From the NCBI GenBank assembly GCA_965224085.1, contig CBDCYI010000004.1:1408001-1472000 (forward strand): a DNA stretch of 64,000 nt, read 5' to 3'. The DNA is from Candidatus Marinacidobacterales bacterium. GTDB taxonomy: Bacteria; Acidobacteriota; Vicinamibacteria; Marinacidobacterales; SMYC01. The notes below the pieces were generated by a model. That model did no database searches, was not told the DNA's origin, and saw only the letters and a program-made list of their open reading frames with translations. The translations under genes and the position numbers were made by a program. Shown one piece after another: positions 20,554 to 29,945 of the stretch (position 1 is its first letter; every line of letters starts with the position of its first letter).

Positions 20554-23001
20554 ATGAAACGCTTCGCGAAGTCTGGCCTTTTTTTGCCTATCGCCGCCAG
20601 CGCGGCCGCCATTTGCGTCGTCGCCGGGGTCGGCTGTACCGAGTCAAGTTCGCCGGGAAACACCAATACTTCCTTGCCTGAAGAGTTAACGTTCAACAAC
20701 GACATCGCGCCGATCATGTTTGCCCATTGCGCGGTGTGCCATCGTCCGGGCGAGTCGGCGCCGTTTAGCTTGTTGACCTATCAGGACGTCAAGCAGCACG
20801 CCACCCAGATCAAGGAGGTAACCGGGAGCCGGTTCATGCCGCCTTGGCTGCCCGAGCCGGGGGTTGTGAAGTTTTCCTACGAGCGGCGCCTGAGTGATGC
20901 GGAGCTCGAAGCATTGCAACGTTGGGTGGATACCGGGACACCCGAGGGCGACGCGGCGGACTTGCCGGACCAGCCACAGTGGCCCCAAGGTTGGCAGCTT
21001 GGCGAGCCGGATTTGATCGCGACAATATCCGAGCCGTTTACTCTTCCGGCGGAAGGGAACGACGTGTATCGCAATTTTGTGATACCGAGTCCGGTCACCG
21101 AGATGCGGAGCGTGAAAGCCGTCGAAATACGCCCCGGCAATCCAAAGATCGTGCATCATTCTTTTCTGCGGATCGATCGGACGCGGGCCTCGCGACGGCT
21201 GGAGAAGGAAGACTCCGAGCCCGGCTTTTCGGACATGAGAACCAGTAATGCGCTCTCCCCGGACGGTCATTTTCTGGGTTGGACTCCGGGAAAGGTACCC
21301 TTTCAAAGTAGGGAGGACATGGCATGGCGTTTGGAACCGGGTACCGACATCGTGCTCGAGCTACATATGCTGCCGACCGGCAAACCGGAGAAAATCCTTC
21401 CTAGAATCGGACTTTTTTTTGGAGATAGACTGCCGAGCCGTATTCCCTTCGTCGTTCGGCTCGGCTCCGAGGCGATTGACATTCCCGCAGGCAAGAAGGA
21501 CTACACGATCGAGGACGAATTCGAGTTGCCGGTCGATGTCGACGTGCATGGCATTTACCCACACGCCCACTATCTCGCCAGGGAGATGCGGGGGTACGCG
21601 ATTCTTCCCGATGGCGCACGGCGTTGGCTGATTCACATTAAAGACTGGGATTTCAATTGGCAGGACGAGTATCGCTACGCGGACCCTTTTTCGCTGCCCA
21701 AGGGCACGAAGCTGCGGATGGAGTATACCTACGACAACTCTTCGGAAAACATCCGGAACCAGAACCGGCCTCCGAAGCGAGTCATGTTTGGCCCGAAATC
21801 GTCTGATGAGATGGGCGACTTGTGGATTCAAGTGGTGCCGCGCGATCAAAGGGACCATGCGAGGCTGGAGCAAGATTTTCTGCGCAAGCAAACCGAGATC
21901 GAGCTGCTTGGTTATGCGCATTCGGTTCAGGTCCACCCAGACGACGTCGACAAGCGCACGAGCTTGGCCACGTCCTTGGCCTCGTTGGGTCGCACTGAGG
22001 AAGCGCTGCAGCATTTTCAGATAGTTTTGGATCAACGACCCGACTTCGCGCCCGCCCTCACCAGCCTGGGAATGCTCCATATGGAGCGTGGTCGTCTCGA
22101 AGAGGCGGCGGTCCATCTGGAGCGGGCTGTCCGGCTGGAGCCAGATGCCGTGATGTTGCTCAGTCTGGGCGTGGTGTACGGAAGGCAGGGCAAGTTCGAC
22201 CAGGCGATCGGGCGACTCGAGCAGGCCGTGGCCATCGAACCTGATCTGGCTCAGGCGCACCTTAACCTCGGATTTTTTCTTTCGGGCCAGGATAAATTGG
22301 AGCGGGCGATCCAGCACGTCGAGCGGGCGATCGAGATTGACCCGGGGATGGCACAAGCACACTTTGTCAAGGGCAACATTCATCGAACGCAAGGCCATCT
22401 CGATCAGGCTGCCGACGCGTTAGCCGGTGCCATACAACTACAGCCAGGCCTGGCGTCGGCCCATTACGAACTGGCGGGCGTTCTGCTCCAACAAGGAAAA
22501 AGGGCCGCGGCCGCCGTTCAACTTCAACAAGTGGTGAGACTTCAACCGCAAAACGTGGACGCTGTCTTTGAGCTAGGCAGAATGCTTGCCGCGCAAGGCG
22601 ACCTCGCCGGGGCGGTAGCCCATTGGAGTCGGACGATTGAGCTGCAATCCAACCACGTTGGAGCCCGCTACCAGTTGGGGCTGATGATGCACCGACTGGG
22701 AAGGGACGTCGACGCCGCCCAGCACCTGCGCCAGGCCAACCGCGTCGCTCCCGCGTCGCCGGCGGTCCAAGCCGCACTGGCGTGGCTACTGGCCACCAGT
22801 CATGATGCGGCGGTCCGAGACAGGAACGAGGCGCTCCGCTTGGCGAATCACTGCGCCGAGCCGACCGACCGTCGTCGGCCCGCTTTTCTACAAGCGATCG
22901 GCGCGGCACATGCCGAGCTGGGCCAGTTCGACGAACCCGTCCGCCGCCAGCAGCAGGCCATCGAGAAGAGCTTAGAGGAGCTGTGCAAAACGGGTAGGTG
23001 A
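20554..23001 (+). CDS. Cytochrome c + copper type II (PHM-like) monooxygenase domains + TPR repeats, putative lipoprotein
   Basis: VGC lipobox, CAVCH haem motif, MPPW, VHH, LELH, PHAHY, WDFNWQ, DEMG; C-terminal TPR array. Confidence 0.8.
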   Translation: MKRFAKSGLFLPIAASAAAICVVAGVGCTESSSPGNTNTSLPEELTFNNDIAPIMFAHCAVCHRPGESAPFSLLTYQDVKQHATQIKEVTGSRFMPPWLPEPGVVKFSYERRLSDAELEALQRWVDTGTPEGDAADLPDQPQWPQGWQLGEPDLIATISEPFTLPAEGNDVYRNFVIPSPVTEMRSVKAVEIRPGNPKIVHHSFLRIDRTRASRRLEKEDSEPGFSDMRTSNALSPDGHFLGWTPGKVPFQSREDMAWRLEPGTDIVLELHMLPTGKPEKILPRIGLFFGDRLPSRIPFVVRLGSEAIDIPAGKKDYTIEDEFELPVDVDVHGIYPHAHYLAREMRGYAILPDGARRWLIHIKDWDFNWQDEYRYADPFSLPKGTKLRMEYTYDNSSENIRNQNRPPKRVMFGPKSSDEMGDLWIQVVPRDQRDHARLEQDFLRKQTEIELLGYAHSVQVHPDDVDKRTSLATSLASLGRTEEALQHFQIVLDQRPDFAPALTSLGMLHMERGRLEEAAVHLERAVRLEPDAVMLLSLGVVYGRQGKFDQAIGRLEQAVAIEPDLAQAHLNLGFFLSGQDKLERAIQHVERAIEIDPGMAQAHFVKGNIHRTQGHLDQAADALAGAIQLQPGLASAHYELAGVLLQQGKRAAAAVQLQQVVRLQPQNVDAVFELGRMLAAQGDLAGAVAHWSRTIELQSNHVGARYQLGLMMHRLGRDVDAAQHLRQANRVAPASPAVQAALAWLLATSHDAAVRDRNEALRLANHCAEPTDRRRPAFLQAIGAAHAELGQFDEPVRRQQQAIEKSLEELCKTGR

Positions 23002-23019
23002 TTCTATCCCGTCGGCAGT

Positions 23020-23092
23020 TCTGAGCAACCTCCGAAGGTAGACGTCGCCAGACGACAACGTGATCCAGCAGCTCGCTGCGCACCGTGTCGGC
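23020..23092 (-). mobile_element. Tiny remnant of an integrase-core (rve) transposase
   Basis: TVRSELLDHVVV followed by frameshifted LRRLL resembles the R.E.LDHVIV..ERHLRRLL motif. Confidence 0.45.
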
Positions 23093-23247
23093 TTGCTAAC
23101 GTTTTGGCGTTTTAAGTCTCGGGCGCACGGGCGGCCTTCCGCGCCACCGTGCCTCCGTTGAGCTGGCTCAACGGGACCACCGAGTCGGGCGTCGCGCTCT
23201 TGAGGCAGATTGCCACCCTAAGCATGCGGTGCTAACATCCCCGCAGG

Positions 23248-23799
23248 ATGCGCTCGGTAATATGCCTTCTGTTTTGCGCGCTCGTGTCCTGTCACCGAAC
23301 GCCGACGGAAGGGGTGCTCGACCTCGATGGTTCTCCAATTGACATCCTCGGTTCGGACACGCGCGCTAGCGTCGTCGTCTTCACGCGCAGTGACTGTCCT
23401 ATTGCCAACCGGTACGCGCCCGAGCTTGCCCGGTTACACCGTGAGTTCTCGTCAAAAGGTGTCGCGTTCTGGCTCGTTTATCCCGACGACCGCGAGGACC
23501 GAGCATCGATCCAAAAGCACGTGGATGAGTTCGGCTTTCCCTTCACTCCGGTACGTGACCCGGAGCGAATTCTCGTTGAGCAGATCGGCGTGACGACATC
23601 TCCCGAAGCCGCCGTCTTCGACTCCCGAAGCCAGCTTGTCTACCGCGGCCGCATCGACGACCGTTTTCCGGCATTCGGGGTCTCGCGAGATCCTATGGAG
23701 CGGGATCTGGAGAACGCGATCGTCGCCGCCCTCGAAGGCACGGCGGAAGAGCTCGTGACGACGAAGGCGGTCGGCTGCTACCTGTCGGACCTGTACTGA
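23248..23799 (+). CDS. Redoxin / AhpC-TSA-like thioredoxin-fold lipoprotein
   Basis: LVSC lipobox, DCPIANRY, SPEAAVFD, YRGRIDD, C-terminal AVGC. Confidence 0.85.
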   Translation: MRSVICLLFCALVSCHRTPTEGVLDLDGSPIDILGSDTRASVVVFTRSDCPIANRYAPELARLHREFSSKGVAFWLVYPDDREDRASIQKHVDEFGFPFTPVRDPERILVEQIGVTTSPEAAVFDSRSQLVYRGRIDDRFPAFGVSRDPMERDLENAIVAALEGTAEELVTTKAVGCYLSDLY

Positions 23800-23981
23800 G
23801 CTAAAATTCGGACTCCGGTGCCGGGATCAAGGATACCCTGTCGAGTTCGGCAAGAGAGCTCTTCAAAATGGTGAGGACTGAAACTCTTGCCCTTATAGCT
23901 CGAAAACAATTAGTAATTGGCCTGGAACGAGCCCCACCGATACACTGCGTGCCAAGACGTCACCGCCGAGAGGAGGGCGCC

Positions 23982-26900
23982 ATGATGAGATTGTTCAACG
24001 TCCGTGTGGTTCTCGTGTTGGCTGCCTTGTGTCTGACGGCCGGCATGGGATGGGGCCATTCACCACAATCCCAGACCGACAGCTCGGGTGCCGCTCGAGC
24101 CGCCGATTTCCCGACCGTGGACGCGAGCTTCCTGACCGCGCTCGATTGGCGCTCGGTCGGACCGCATCGAGGGGGCCGCACCCTGGCGGTCGTGGGAGAC
24201 CCGCAGGATCCGCTCGTCTTCTATTTCGGGGCGACACATGGCGGGGTCTGGAAGACGACGGATGCAGGTACTTACTGGCGCAACGTGTCCGACGGGTTCT
24301 TCGAGACGGCGCCGGTCGGTGCGATCGACGTGTCGCTGTCAAACCCAGCTGTCGTCTACGTGGGCATGGGCGAATCGATAACCCGGCAGGACCTCACCCC
24401 CGGCGACGGGGTGTACAAATCGACGGACGGCGGAAAGACCTGGACCCACGTAGGGCTGAAAGAAACCCGCCATATTGCGAAGGTACGCATTCATCCCACG
24501 AATCCTGATCTCGTCTATGTTGCAGCGGTGGGCGATATCTTCGGGACCAACCCCGAGCGGGGTGTCTACCGTACCAAAGACGGCGGCAAGACCTGGGAGA
24601 AGATTCTGTACAAGAGCGAGCGGGCGAGCGCCGTCGACCTTTCCATGGACCCCACGAATCCCAGGGTGCTCTACGCCTCGCTCAATCAGCTGCAGCGTCT
24701 CCCTTGGGACGAGATCAGCGGCGGACCGGACAGCGGCCTGCACAAGACGATCGACGGCGGTGACACCTGGACGGACATCACGCGCAATCCGGGTTTGCCT
24801 CGGGGGGTGATCGGCAAGATCGGTATCGCGGTCTCGCCGCCCCAACCCAGCCGCGTCTGGGCGCTCATCGAGGCCGAGGACGGCGCCCTGTTCCGCTCCG
24901 ACGACAGCGGGGAGACTTGGCAGCGAATCAACGAAACACGCGATTTCCGGCGCTGGGCCGCGTCGTACATGCACGTCACCGCAGACAGCGAAGACGCGGA
25001 CACGCTGTATCTACCGTCCTACCGCTTCTGGAAATCGACGGATGGCGGCAAGACGTTCCGACAGGTGCCAACCCCGCACGGCGACAACCACGCGCTTTGG
25101 ATCGACCCGAAAAACTCACAGCGGATGATCCAGGGGAACGACGGCGGCGCCACGGTAACTTTGAACGGCGGCGCCACCTGGTCGGACATCCACAATCAGC
25201 CCACCGCCGAACTTTTCGGGCTTGCCATCGACGACCAGGTGCCTTATCGGCTCTACGCTGCTCAGAACGACAACTCGCACGTCTCGGTTCCGAGCCGGAG
25301 CCATCGTGGGGCCATTCCCTTCGAGCCGATTTCGGGCGGCGAGGGCGGGCAAACAGCCGTCAAGCCCGACGGCAGCGTAGTGTACGCCGCCGATCGCACG
25401 GCCATTGCGCGCTACGACAGGACAACGGGACAGGCCCGAAACATTACCGTTTGGCCCGACGACCAGTTCACCCTGGCCCCAAAGGACGTGACCTACCGCT
25501 TTTATTACAACTTCCCGCTCATGCTGTCGCCTCACGATCCTAACGTTCTCTATACCGCCGGCAACTTCGTCTTTCGAACCACCGATGAAGGAGAGTCCTG
25601 GCAGGCCATCAGTCCGGACATCGGGCGCAACCGGCTGGACAAGATGCAGAAGATCCCAGGCGGCCCGCTCACCACGATGTGGTCCTCGCTCTACTGGGTC
25701 AGCCTGGCGCAGTCGCTGGCCGAGTCCCCGCTGGTACAGGGCGAGCTGTGGGTCGGCACGGACGACAGCACGGTTCAGATGACGAGAGACGGCGGGAAGC
25801 ACTGGGAGAACGTCTCGCCGAAGGACCTGCTCGAGTGGACAACCATCAGCACCATCGAGGTGTCTCCGCACGATCGGGGAACGGCATATCTGGCGGCGCA
25901 CCGCTACAAGCTCAGCGACCAGGCCCCTTACTTCTATAAAACCACCGACTACGGTCGCTCGTGGCGAAAAATCGTAAACGGGATTCGCGACGAAGATTTT
26001 GCGCTCGTGATTCGCGAGGACCCGGTTCGCCAGGGACTGCTTTACGCCGGAACGGAAACTGGCGTGTACGTGTCGTTCGACGCGGGTTCGTCCTGGCAAT
26101 CGCTGCAGCGTAACTTGCCCGCGGTTCCCGTCTTCTACATGCTGGTCAAAAACAACGATCTGGTCCTGGCCACACACGGCCGTGGGTTCTGGATCATGGA
26201 CAACGTGACGGCGTTGCGCCAGATCACCCGTGAGGTAACCGAAGCCCCGGCGAACCTGTTCGACATCGCGCCCACCGACCGCTACCTTCCCGTGCGAGTC
26301 CTGTCCCCAATGCGGCCCTTCCGTCCGGGCATCCAATTCGCCCGTGGCGCAAACATCGTCGCGTTCGAAGACCGGAAAGGTCCCGACGGCCGGGTCAAGC
26401 GGCACTTCCTCAATGCCGGTGAGAACCCACCCGGAGGCGTGATCATCGACTACTACTCGAAGCAACGGCCGGACGGTGCGAGGCTGACAATCCTGAGCGG
26501 GGAAGACGTCATCAAGGAGTTCTCGAGTCAGGCGAAGGACGGGGGCTGGATGCCGGCCGACGCAGGGATGAACCGGTTCGTCTGGGACATGCGCTACCCC
26601 AACGCACGCGAGCTGCCCCCAGACGGCCCCTTGGTAGGTGCGGAATACCCTCGCGCGCAAGCGCCCACCGCGCTGCCTGGCCGCTATATCGCACGGCTGT
26701 CGGTTCAAGGACAGGACTACGAACGCCCGTTCGAGATCCGCAAGGATCCGCGGATCACTGCGACCGACGCGGATCTCGAGGCACAGTTCGAGCTCATGAC
26801 GCAGATACGGGAGCGGATATCGGAAGTGACCGACGCGGTCGAACGACTACGAGAGGCGCGTCAGCAGCTCGAGCAACGGGGGAGCAGCGCTCGGGCGACT

Positions 26901-27161
26901 GCGGTCGACGACAAGCTCCGAGCGATCGAAGGCGCTTTGACGCGGGCAGTCGGCCCCAGGCCAACGTTCAACCTTCCCCCCAAAGGGTTGAACAATCGGC
27001 TGGCAGCGCTCACCCGGTACATATCGAGCGCGGACGAGAGACCAACCTGGCAAGCCTACGGGGTGTTCGAGGATCTGTCCGCGAAGGTGGCGGAGCAACT
27101 GCGCCTCCTGAACGAGATATTGACCACCGAGGTCGCAGCAATCGTCAGTCCGGGTGAATGA
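23982..27161 (+). CDS. Secreted VPS10/BNR (Asp-box) beta-propeller 'glycosyl hydrolase'
   Basis: Signal peptide, WRSVGPHRGGR, repeated S/TxDGGxTW Asp boxes, PHGDNHALWI, ATHGRGFWI, GMNRFVWDMR; GAGGAGG RBS. Confidence 0.88.
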   Translation: MMRLFNVRVVLVLAALCLTAGMGWGHSPQSQTDSSGAARAADFPTVDASFLTALDWRSVGPHRGGRTLAVVGDPQDPLVFYFGATHGGVWKTTDAGTYWRNVSDGFFETAPVGAIDVSLSNPAVVYVGMGESITRQDLTPGDGVYKSTDGGKTWTHVGLKETRHIAKVRIHPTNPDLVYVAAVGDIFGTNPERGVYRTKDGGKTWEKILYKSERASAVDLSMDPTNPRVLYASLNQLQRLPWDEISGGPDSGLHKTIDGGDTWTDITRNPGLPRGVIGKIGIAVSPPQPSRVWALIEAEDGALFRSDDSGETWQRINETRDFRRWAASYMHVTADSEDADTLYLPSYRFWKSTDGGKTFRQVPTPHGDNHALWIDPKNSQRMIQGNDGGATVTLNGGATWSDIHNQPTAELFGLAIDDQVPYRLYAAQNDNSHVSVPSRSHRGAIPFEPISGGEGGQTAVKPDGSVVYAADRTAIARYDRTTGQARNITVWPDDQFTLAPKDVTYRFYYNFPLMLSPHDPNVLYTAGNFVFRTTDEGESWQAISPDIGRNRLDKMQKIPGGPLTTMWSSLYWVSLAQSLAESPLVQGELWVGTDDSTVQMTRDGGKHWENVSPKDLLEWTTISTIEVSPHDRGTAYLAAHRYKLSDQAPYFYKTTDYGRSWRKIVNGIRDEDFALVIREDPVRQGLLYAGTETGVYVSFDAGSSWQSLQRNLPAVPVFYMLVKNNDLVLATHGRGFWIMDNVTALRQITREVTEAPANLFDIAPTDRYLPVRVLSPMRPFRPGIQFARGANIVAFEDRKGPDGRVKRHFLNAGENPPGGVIIDYYSKQRPDGARLTILSGEDVIKEFSSQAKDGGWMPADAGMNRFVWDMRYPNARELPPDGPLVGAEYPRAQAPTALPGRYIARLSVQGQDYERPFEIRKDPRITATDADLEAQFELMTQIRERISEVTDAVERLREARQQLEQRGSSARATAVDDKLRAIEGALTRAVGPRPTFNLPPKGLNNRLAALTRYISSADERPTWQAYGVFEDLSAKVAEQLRLLNEILTTEVAAIVSPGE

Positions 27162-27165
27162 ATGT

Positions 27166-28884
27166 ATGAAAGATCTAGCCAATCTCATTCACGGCAAACT
27201 ATCAGGGGAGACGGCCCAGGCGACCACCGACACCATTTGCCAGTTTTATCGCTCACCCGGCTCCTCCGGTTATCATGCGGCTACCGATCTCGTCGCTGTA
27301 CACTTCGAGGAGTATGGCATCGAGGACGTCGAAGTGACCACCTATCCCTTGGATGGCGAGACCGTGCTACTCCATCGCACGATGCCCATGGCCTGGGAGC
27401 CGCATCGTGCCGTCGTGCGCGTGGTCAATCCTACCCAGGAGGACATTGTCGACTTCGATACCTCCCCTTCCTGCCTGGCCTGGTGGTCCCAGGCGACTAA
27501 AAAGGGAGGCCTCACCGCCCAGCTGGTGGATGTCGGCACCGGCGAGTCCGAAGCAGATTTTTCGGGCAAGGAGTTGACGGACAAGATTGCTTTTGTCAGC
27601 GGCACGGACCGGCCCGCGGGCTGGGGCCATGCTGCGCTTCAGGCCATGAAACGAGGAGCCCGGGGGCTCCTCACCGACTACCTCTACTACGCTACCCCGC
27701 CGTTTCGCACCAGAGAAAGCCTTCCTGACGCCGTTCAGCTCTTGCGCTTGCCCAACCAGTCAGGAGAGTTCGATGCCTGGGCCTGTGCCGTTGCCTACCC
27801 AGCGGCTCAACGGTTGCGAGAGCTTTTGCGGCAAGGCCCAGTAACCGTGCATGCCGACATCCGCTGTCGCCTCTTCAAGGGCGAAGGAAGAAATCTACTG
27901 GCAACCATCCCCGGGCGGGAGCTGCCCGATGAGTCGGTTTTCTTCATTGCTCACGCCTCGGCCGGGACCCGCCCTGGAGCGAATTGTGCTGCCGGCCCGG
28001 CCCTCATAGTCGAGATTGCCCGAACCCTCAAGGGCTTGATCCAGCTAGGCCAGATCCGCCCTCCCCGCCGCTCGATCAAGTTCTTGATCATTGCCGAAGG
28101 CCTGGGTTCTCACGCTTATATTGCAGCGAACCGCGACGAGCTTCCTCGAATCAAGACAGCCTTCTGCCTGGATAGCGTGGGGCATCATCAGGAGAAGCTG
28201 CAATCCAATCTGCTCTTTTACCGCCACCCGGATTCATCGCCGTCCTTCATCAATGACTACTTCGCCGGAATCATGGAGCGAGCCCCCAAGGACGGCAGCT
28301 GGGTTTTCAAGAACGACACCGATATCTCGCCGGTTCAGTTCCTTCAGGCGCCCTATACAGTGTGGAGTGATAACCATATCTGGACGGCGTATGGTGTACC
28401 CACTCCCTTGATCATGTCCTGGCCCGATAAATACTTCCATACCCAGTTGCTCACACCGGACAATACCGACCCACGGGTTTTTCGCATCGCTGGCGTGACC
28501 ACCTGCCTGGCAGCCTATGAGATTGCCGATGCCGACCTTCATCAGGCCTTGGCCATTGCCGATGAAGTTTCCGCCCGGAGCCTGTTTCGCCTGGACGACC
28601 TGGCGAGCCGTGCGGTTCAGCGCATCTTGAGCACGCGTCAATCGACCAACGGCGGCATCGACGCCCACGCACTGGCCCGGCGCGCCCACCGCGAGATCGT
28701 TTATTTCGCGGATCGGGATACTCAAGCGATCGCTTCGGCACTCACTTTGATCCCGAGTGACGTACCTTCATCGGCCCGATCCAGGGCGGCCGCGCAAGGT
28801 GAAGCTTTGGTCCGGAAGATGAAACAAGCCAAGCGTCGAGTCGATGAAGCATTGACGGTAGTACAAACAGGAGACGCTTCGTGA
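27166..28884 (+). CDS. M28-like (DUF4910) peptidase homologue with PA-like insert
   Basis: YRSPGSSGY, IAH...PGAN, RRSIKF, LDSVG, SDN, WPDKYFHT..D motifs. Confidence 0.7.
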   Translation: MKDLANLIHGKLSGETAQATTDTICQFYRSPGSSGYHAATDLVAVHFEEYGIEDVEVTTYPLDGETVLLHRTMPMAWEPHRAVVRVVNPTQEDIVDFDTSPSCLAWWSQATKKGGLTAQLVDVGTGESEADFSGKELTDKIAFVSGTDRPAGWGHAALQAMKRGARGLLTDYLYYATPPFRTRESLPDAVQLLRLPNQSGEFDAWACAVAYPAAQRLRELLRQGPVTVHADIRCRLFKGEGRNLLATIPGRELPDESVFFIAHASAGTRPGANCAAGPALIVEIARTLKGLIQLGQIRPPRRSIKFLIIAEGLGSHAYIAANRDELPRIKTAFCLDSVGHHQEKLQSNLLFYRHPDSSPSFINDYFAGIMERAPKDGSWVFKNDTDISPVQFLQAPYTVWSDNHIWTAYGVPTPLIMSWPDKYFHTQLLTPDNTDPRVFRIAGVTTCLAAYEIADADLHQALAIADEVSARSLFRLDDLASRAVQRILSTRQSTNGGIDAHALARRAHREIVYFADRDTQAIASALTLIPSDVPSSARSRAAAQGEALVRKMKQAKRRVDEALTVVQTGDAS

Positions 28885-29225
28885 TGGTGGCCTCCTTGAA
28901 TGCCATACCACGCAAACGAATCGAGGACATGCCCCCGCCTGCCCTGGCCGGCATCTCTTATCCTGAATGCGCTCAGGTGGCGGAAGCCATGGCCGCCCGC
29001 GATGCCCGGGTCATTTTTGACACCATGCGTCCGGTAGGCGATGAGTTTTGGAATCTCATCGATGGCCGACGCACGATCGCCGACATTGCGGAGGCCCTTT
29101 GTATGCAGTTCGACGTCGACGTGGACGCGGAGCTGTTCATACCTATTGCAGAGTTGTTGATCCTGGCGGATTTCATCACTTTGGACGAAACGAGAGACCG
29201 ACCGACGAGTCGTCAGAGTCAATAA
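28881..29225 (+). CDS. Small winged-helix / PqqD-like protein
   Basis: EFWNLIDGRRTIADIAEALCMQFDV; AGGAG RBS and GTGA overlap with the upstream stop. Confidence 0.6.
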   Translation: MMVASLNAIPRKRIEDMPPPALAGISYPECAQVAEAMAARDARVIFDTMRPVGDEFWNLIDGRRTIADIAEALCMQFDVDVDAELFIPIAELLILADFITLDETRDRPTSRQSQ

Positions 29226-29240
29226 CTTCAGGCGAGAGCG

Positions 29241-29936
29241 ATGATGTTCTTCCGGCATCCGTTGACCCTGTTGACCAAAGCGGTGCCGGCTCTCGATCTA
29301 AACCGGGACAATGTTTGTCTGCTGCTGCAGGATCTGCATTCTCCGTTTGCCGACGCCAAAGGCGGATGGTTGGCCGCTCGGGCCAAATCCAAAGTGCTCA
29401 TGACCGAGTTTCAAGAGTATTTCCGCGCCCTGGATTCGAGCCTCTCCAACATCACTCGTATATTGAATGTGGTCCGCGCTCTGGGCCTGCCCGTCATTTA
29501 TAGCTGCCTTGGTTACCGTCCGCCCCAGAGCCCATCTGAATTTCAGATGGCGACGGGGTGGACTTGGAACTTGAATGGTCCTGACGGGACATTCATGGCA
29601 GCCGTTCACCCCGCCGATAGCGAATCGGTCTTTAGCAAACCTGGGTGGGGCGCCTTGGCAAACGCCGAGCTCGAGGGTTTTTTGCGTGAGCGTGGTATCC
29701 GGTACGTGATCGTGGCTGGCGTGCTGCTCGACTTCGGTATTTACCAGACCTGCGGGGAGCTGGCCGACCGGGGCATCGGTAGCCTGGTCATCTCCGATGG
29801 CGTTGCGTCGATCACCGGGGCAGGTCAAACCTACGTTCGTGGTCACGCCGCTCATGGCCTTACGAAGCTCAGGTCAACCGGCGAGATGCTCGATCTGTTG
29901 AGCAAGCTCGAAGCCACGGGAAACGTACGTATCTGA
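29241..29936 (+). CDS. Isochorismatase / cysteine hydrolase family protein
   Basis: LLLQDLH, FSKPGWGAL, VAGVLLDFGIYQT, ADRG...SD motifs. Confidence 0.82.
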   Translation: MMFFRHPLTLLTKAVPALDLNRDNVCLLLQDLHSPFADAKGGWLAARAKSKVLMTEFQEYFRALDSSLSNITRILNVVRALGLPVIYSCLGYRPPQSPSEFQMATGWTWNLNGPDGTFMAAVHPADSESVFSKPGWGALANAELEGFLRERGIRYVIVAGVLLDFGIYQTCGELADRGIGSLVISDGVASITGAGQTYVRGHAAHGLTKLRSTGEMLDLLSKLEATGNVRI

Positions 29937-29945
29937 CCCCGTCCG

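Noticed and set aside
25116-26708. Long antisense ORFs (also 14064-15251, 15807-17078, 21361-22398, 44722-46059, 47375-48115)
   Set aside because: Shadows of GC-rich coding genes on the opposite strand with no recognisable motifs.
28881-29225. RiPP cluster based on the PqqD-like protein
   Set aside because: No precursor peptide, radical SAM, YcaO or lasso cyclase nearby; the domain is equally explained as a detached DUF4910 winged helix.
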